From positions 23,357,015 through 23,421,014 of the forward strand of contig NC_081388.1 in the NCBI RefSeq assembly GCF_030684315.1: a DNA stretch of 64,000 nucleotides. The letters are read 5' to 3'. Numbering within the stretch: position 1 is the first letter of the stretch; every line of letters starts with the position of its first letter. Positions 58,970 through 64,000 of the stretch are shown here, piece after piece. Source of the DNA: Stegostoma tigrinum (lineage: Eukaryota). The notes beneath the pieces were generated by a model. It saw nothing but the letters and a program-made list of their open reading frames with translations, was not told where the DNA came from and searched no databases. The position numbers were made by a program, and so were the translations under genes.

Positions 58970-59780
58970 ATAGGTGGAGGGACAGGTCATGCTTGGGAAG
59001 TGGGGAGGCTGCAGAAGGACTTGGACAGGTTAGGAGAGTGGGCAAAAAAAATGACAGATGGAATATGATGTGGGAAAGTGTGAGATTCTGCACTTTGGTA
59101 GGAAGAATAAAGACTTGGGAGTCCTAGTTCAGGATTCTCTTAAGGTTAGCATGCAGGTTCAGTTGGTGGCTCGGAAGGCAAATACAATGTTAGCATTCAT
59201 GCCAGGAGAGCTAGGATACAAAAGCAGGGATGTATACTGATACTCATATGTCTCTGGTCAGATTGCATTTGCAATATTGTGATCAGTGTTGGGCCCCATA
59301 TCTAAGGGAAGATGTGATCACATTTCAGGAGCTCCAGAGGAGGGTTACAAGAAAGATCTCTGGGATGAAGGATTTGTCATATGAAGAGTGTTTGAGTATG
59401 CAAAGGTGTTTATAATGCTGAGGGGGATCTGATTGAAATGTACACAACACTGAGAGGCCTGGATAGAGGAGGTGGAGAAGACGTTTCCACTAGCAGGAGA
59501 GACCTGGATCTGAGACCACAGCATCAGAATGAAGGGGTGACCCTTTAGAAATCAAATGAGGGTGATTAATCTGTGGAACTCATTGTCACAGTGGGCTGTA
59601 GAGGCCAAGTCATTGAATGTGTCTTCAAGACAGAGATATTTGGTTCTTGATTGGGAATGGGATCAAAGCTTAGGGGGAGAAGGCAGGAAAATGGATTTGA
59701 GAAATTTCAGCCACAACCAGAAGGTGCACCAGATGTAACAGCGGGATAATCTAATCCTTTTTCTACATCTTATGGTCCTG
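58970..59780 (+). mobile_element. Old CR1 3' fragment
   Basis: RLQKDLDRLGEWAKK, KCEILHFGRKN, VINLWNSL. Confidence 0.75.
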
Positions 59781-60059
59781 CAGCTTCTGTAGCACGTCTT
59801 GGGATGTCTATTACATTAAAGGTTCCAGAAAAATGCATGTTCTTGTTGTTGACAGAAGGATTCTCAAAATATGATGACTTTCTTTCATCGTTTAAGTAGG
59901 TCTCAGAATTTTGCTTCCACCACAATTAAAGATTTTCTTCATTTATAACTTTTCAGACCTAAACAAACATTCATCAGCATTTTCCCCGAGACACTGATTG
60001 CGTTGGGTGTTTGCAGAACATATTTCATACCAGTTTGTAATTGTTGCTGTGTTACCGAG

Positions 60060-60259
60060 CTAGGGATGACATTCCACCAGAGGGACATCTTCCTGATGAT
60101 TATTCCCATTGGGGATCTGTGCATTGTTGTTGGGTTTTGCATTCTGTACATTATATTCTCCTCTTTTACGGGCATTGAATTTCTGGTACAAGGCCGCCAC
60201 TACCGCAGTCGTCAATACTGCTGCTATTCCTACGGTCACTACTATTATCCATTTTAAGC
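60060..60259 (-). CDS. Gene B TM/cytoplasmic exon 1 (tail ends ...IPNGNNHQEDVPLVECHP*)
   Basis: Same acceptor as gene A exon 8; 1 nt difference over the first 155 bp, then diverges; TAG at 60062-60060. Confidence 0.82.
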
Positions 60260-61511
60260 CTATGAGAACATAGAAAGAAAAGATACACAGCCCATCAACA
60301 GTCTAGAGAAATATATTAATTGCAACATGTCTGAACATTTCCAAAATCTGTGGATTGTAAACAAAGGATATTTTTCAATGAAATGTCCAGTGTGTTTTAT
60401 TCAGCTCTTTCCTGCCTGTTTTCCATGTTGTGTTCTGCGCCTTCTTTCATTCCTCCCATACTACATGCCACTCCTTGGCAGCGTGCCCTCAACTCCCTGT
60501 CTATTCCTGGTTAAATCCTGCAGGAATAACTAAATTCAATGTGATGTTCCAAACAAATTGATAACAGCATTTCTTTTCGCTGGTTTGAATTTCCGGAATT
60601 GATAATTCCTATCTATCTCTTACATTGCTAATAGCATGATTAAATGTCGTCTCCTTCTTTCAGAATCCAACCCTAAACATTCATCAGCACTATCCCTGAG
60701 GCACTGATTGAGCTGCTGCGTTTGCAGAATGTCCTCCCTGTATTTTCTCGCTGTATTTATGCTGTTCACCCCTCACCCCTCACTATGAGAAGTGAAGCCC
60801 GGCGATGTGTGCTTTACTCATTGATCTGTCAATACTTTGCTCCATGGAGTGGCAGTGTGTGGAGTCACAGCCCCCCAACCCCCCTTGAAGTTATTACCCA
60901 GGCATGTGGGACAAACACAGCGCAGGAGGAAGGTACTTCAACACACGAAAAGGAACACATGCAGGAGACTGTCTCTCTGAGCCACTTGTACCCAATGTAC
61001 CAGTTACAGAGCAGTATTATTAGAGACAGGGAGCAGTTTATCCACATGTCCCATTTCCAGAAAGGGTGCGGGAGAACAGGAGCCCAAAGTAATAAGAACA
61101 ATAGTAATATAAAATTCTGACCTTTGACCCTGATGTCCACATCCTTCTCATCACTTCCATATTGATTGGTAGCTCTACATATATAAATTCCTTGATGTTC
61201 TGAGGTTATGTACGGAATACGAAGAAATCGAGGACCAATCTCAATATTGTTGCCATTACTGGGATTTACCCACTCTAATACAGGTGAGGGTCTTCCATCG
61301 GACATACAGCTTAATGTAATTTCATCAGCTTTAGTGACTTCTACTGGAAAGCCTGACACTGTTTTGTTATTTACTGATATGGTCATGAATGTGTCTCGTG
61401 GTTTATCTGGAAAAGAGAAGAAAAAGATGAAAATAGGCAGGCATACCCACAGGATCACTGATACAGCTCCCCAACACTGCTTCAGTTAGCAGGATATCCA
61501 AACCTGGCCAC
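60105..61511 (+). repeat. Near-identical direct duplicate block, copy 2 (partner 8905-10417)
   Basis: Direct comparison as above. Confidence 0.95.
61122..61406 (-). CDS. Gene B (upstream tandem ICAM-like paralog): last Ig exon
   Basis: 285 bp, same splice sites as gene A exon 7, 3 nt differences by hand count (2 amino-acid changes). Earlier exons are not in the window. Confidence 0.85.
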
Positions 61512-62399
61512 GTACTGGGGGAGAGTGGACTTCAACAGGGCAAGAAAAGAACAGGGCCGAATGAACAAAAACCAAAGGTTCATGGAAAATCAATAGCTGA
61601 ACAATGAACTGCCTTCAAAGACAAAATGGTTTGGGCACAGTCAACGTAAATTCCCACAAAGGGGCAAAGGGAGGCAAACAAATGCAAACGATTTTCCAAG
61701 TCAAAGGAGATGGAAATTCAGTTAGAAAGCTAATGACAGAAAATGTGGAAGCATTGTAAACTGTGAGGAGGACAATGTTCTGGTCATTTACAAGGGGTAG
61801 AGTGGGCTGGTAGGTTACAGCGGCAGTGGCACATTGCTATACAGTTAGCAGGGAGTTGTCCTGGGAGGCTTCAACAGTGACCCTGGACCCCACAACGTGA
61901 CATGACATGAGGCCAAACATGGACAAGGAAACCTCCTGGTGTTTACCATGAACCATACCCCCTCCCCTGCCGATCTGAATTTGTACTCCTCCATGTTGAA
62001 AATAATTTAGAGGAAACACTGAGGGTGGCCAATACAGAATGTACTCTGGGTGGGAGACTTCAATGTCCATTGATAAGAATGACTTAGCAGCACCACCGAC
62101 TGAGCTGGTCGAGTACTGAAGGATATTGCTGCTAGACTGGGTCGGCGGCAAATCAAGAGAGAACCAACAACAGGGACAAGCAAAGGTGACCTCATAAGAC
62201 CATAAGACACAGGAGCAGAAATTAGGCCCTTCAGCCCATTGAATCTGCTCCACCATTCAATCATGGCTGATATGTTTCTCAGCTCCATTGTCCTGCTTTC
62301 TCCCTGTAACCTTTGATCCCCTTGACAGTCAAGAACCTGTCTATCTCAGTATTAAATGTACTCAATGACCTGGCCTCCACAGCGTTCAGCGGCGGTGGA

Positions 62400-63845
62400 T
62401 TCATAGAAACATAGAACATTACAGCACAGTACAGGCCCTTCGGCCCTCGATGTTGTGCCGACCTGTCATACCGATCTCAAGCCCATCTAACCTACACTAT
62501 TCCATGTATATAATGCAGTGACCAGAACTGTACGCAATACTCCAAGTGCGGCTGCACCAGAGTTTTGTACAGCTTCACCATAACCTCTTGGTTCTGGAAC
62601 TCGATCCCTCTATTAATAAAAGCTAAAACACTCTATGCCTTCTTAACAGCCCTGTCAACCTGGGTGGCAACTTTCAAGGATCTGTGTACATGGACACCGA
62701 GATCTCTCTGCTCATCTACACTACCAAGAATCTTACCATTAGCTCAGTACTTTGCCTTCCGGTTACTCCTACCAAAGTGCATCACCTCACACTTGTCTGC
62801 ATTAAACTCCATTTGCCACCTCTCAGCCCAGCTCTGCAGCTTATCTATGTCTCTCTGCAACCTACAGCATCCTTCGTCACTATCCACAACTCCACCGACC
62901 TTAGCGTCATCTGCAAATTTACTAATCCATCCTTCTACGCCCTCATCCAGGTCATTTATAAAAATGACAAACAGCAGTGGACCCAACACCGACCCTTGCG
63001 GTACACCACTAGTAACTGCTCTCCAGGATGAACATTTCCCATCAACCACCACCCTCTGCCTTCTTTCAGCAAGCCAACTTCCGATCCAAACTGCTATATC
63101 TCCCACAATTCCACTCCTCCACATTTTGTACAATAGCCTACTGTGGGTAACCTTATCGAACGCCTTGCTGAAATCCGTATACACCACATCAACCGGTTTA
63201 CTCTCATCTACCTGTTTGGTCACCTTCTCAAAGAACTCAATAAGGTTTGTGAGGCACGACCTTCCCTTCACAAAACCGTGCTGACTATCCCTAATCAATT
63301 TATTCTTTTCTAGATGATTATAAATCCTATCCCTTGTAACCCTTTCCAACACTTTACCAACAACTGAAGTTAGGCTCACTGGTCTATAATTACCAGGGTT
63401 GTCTCTACTCCCCTTCTTGAACAGGGGAACCACATTTGCTATCCTCCAGTTGTCTGGCACTATTCCTGTAGACAATGACGAGTTAAAGATCAATGCCAAA
63501 GGCTCGGCAATCTCCTCTCTGAATTTTCAGAGGATCCGAGGATTAATCCCATCCGGCCCAGGGGACTTATCTATCTTCACCCTCTGTAGGATTTCTAATA
63601 CTTCTTCCTTGTGAACCTCAATCCCACCTAGTCTAGTAGCCTGTATCTCAGTATTCTCCCCGACAGCATTGTCGTTTTCTAGAGTGAATACTGTTGAAAA
63701 ATATTCATTCAGTGCTTCCCCTATCTCCTCTGACTCCACACACAACTTACCACTACTATCCTTGATTGGGCCTAATCTTACTTTCGTCATTCTTTTATTC
63801 CTTAAATACCTATAGAAAGCCTTAGGGTTTACCCTGATCCTATCC
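62400..63845 (-). mobile_element. Young CR1 LINE, same subfamily as 46612-47450, with an internal deletion near 62507
   Basis: 251-aa RT ORF 62744-63499; matching tail; lacks about 390 bp present in the 46.7-47.1 kb copy. Confidence 0.9.
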
Positions 63846-64000
63846 AATAGCTGCCAATGGGCACCATGCAATGTTCATGGAAAGGTCTCGTCTTCATATT
63901 TTCTTTCAGCTTCTTTCATTTTTTCACAGGAGACACAGAGTGAGTGTTTCACCAAGTATAGAGTTTGTTAATACAATATGTGTAACATTTCTGTGCTGTA

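Noticed and set aside
1-64000. CRISPR array or prokaryotic defence system
   Set aside because: No regularly spaced repeat-spacer array or operon-like genes; the DNA is intron-containing vertebrate sequence.

Overview
Eukaryotic, repeat-rich vertebrate DNA, most likely a cartilaginous fish (inferred from HE1-like tRNA SINEs, abundant CR1 and Penelope-like elements). It is not prokaryotic and has no CRISPR, rRNA or true tRNA gene. The window holds an ICAM-family (Ig superfamily adhesion molecule) cluster. Gene A is complete on the minus strand: 8 coding exons, all introns phase 1 GT-AG, 42006->8824, 2004 bp, 667 aa (leader, 6 Ig domains, TM and tail). Gene B is the 3' end of an upstream tandem paralog: its last Ig exon and TM exon are nearly identical to gene A, and a second, divergent TM/tail exon lies at 53839->53667, missed by the ORF track. 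Gene C is an inverted paralog on the plus strand: promoter, leader exon 587-653 and a 96%-identical copy of Ig domain 2, with no visible domain 1. The most notable signals are several alternative C-termini behind a shared last Ig domain, sharply bounded homogenisation tracts between paralogs, NF-kB/GAS/ISRE motifs, and minimal hammerhead ribozyme motifs in Penelope termini. The rest is CR1, RTE, Rex1/Babar, Penelope, a nested Gypsy element, SINEs and two assembly gaps. All exon models were derived by hand and lack transcript support; repeat boundaries are approximate.
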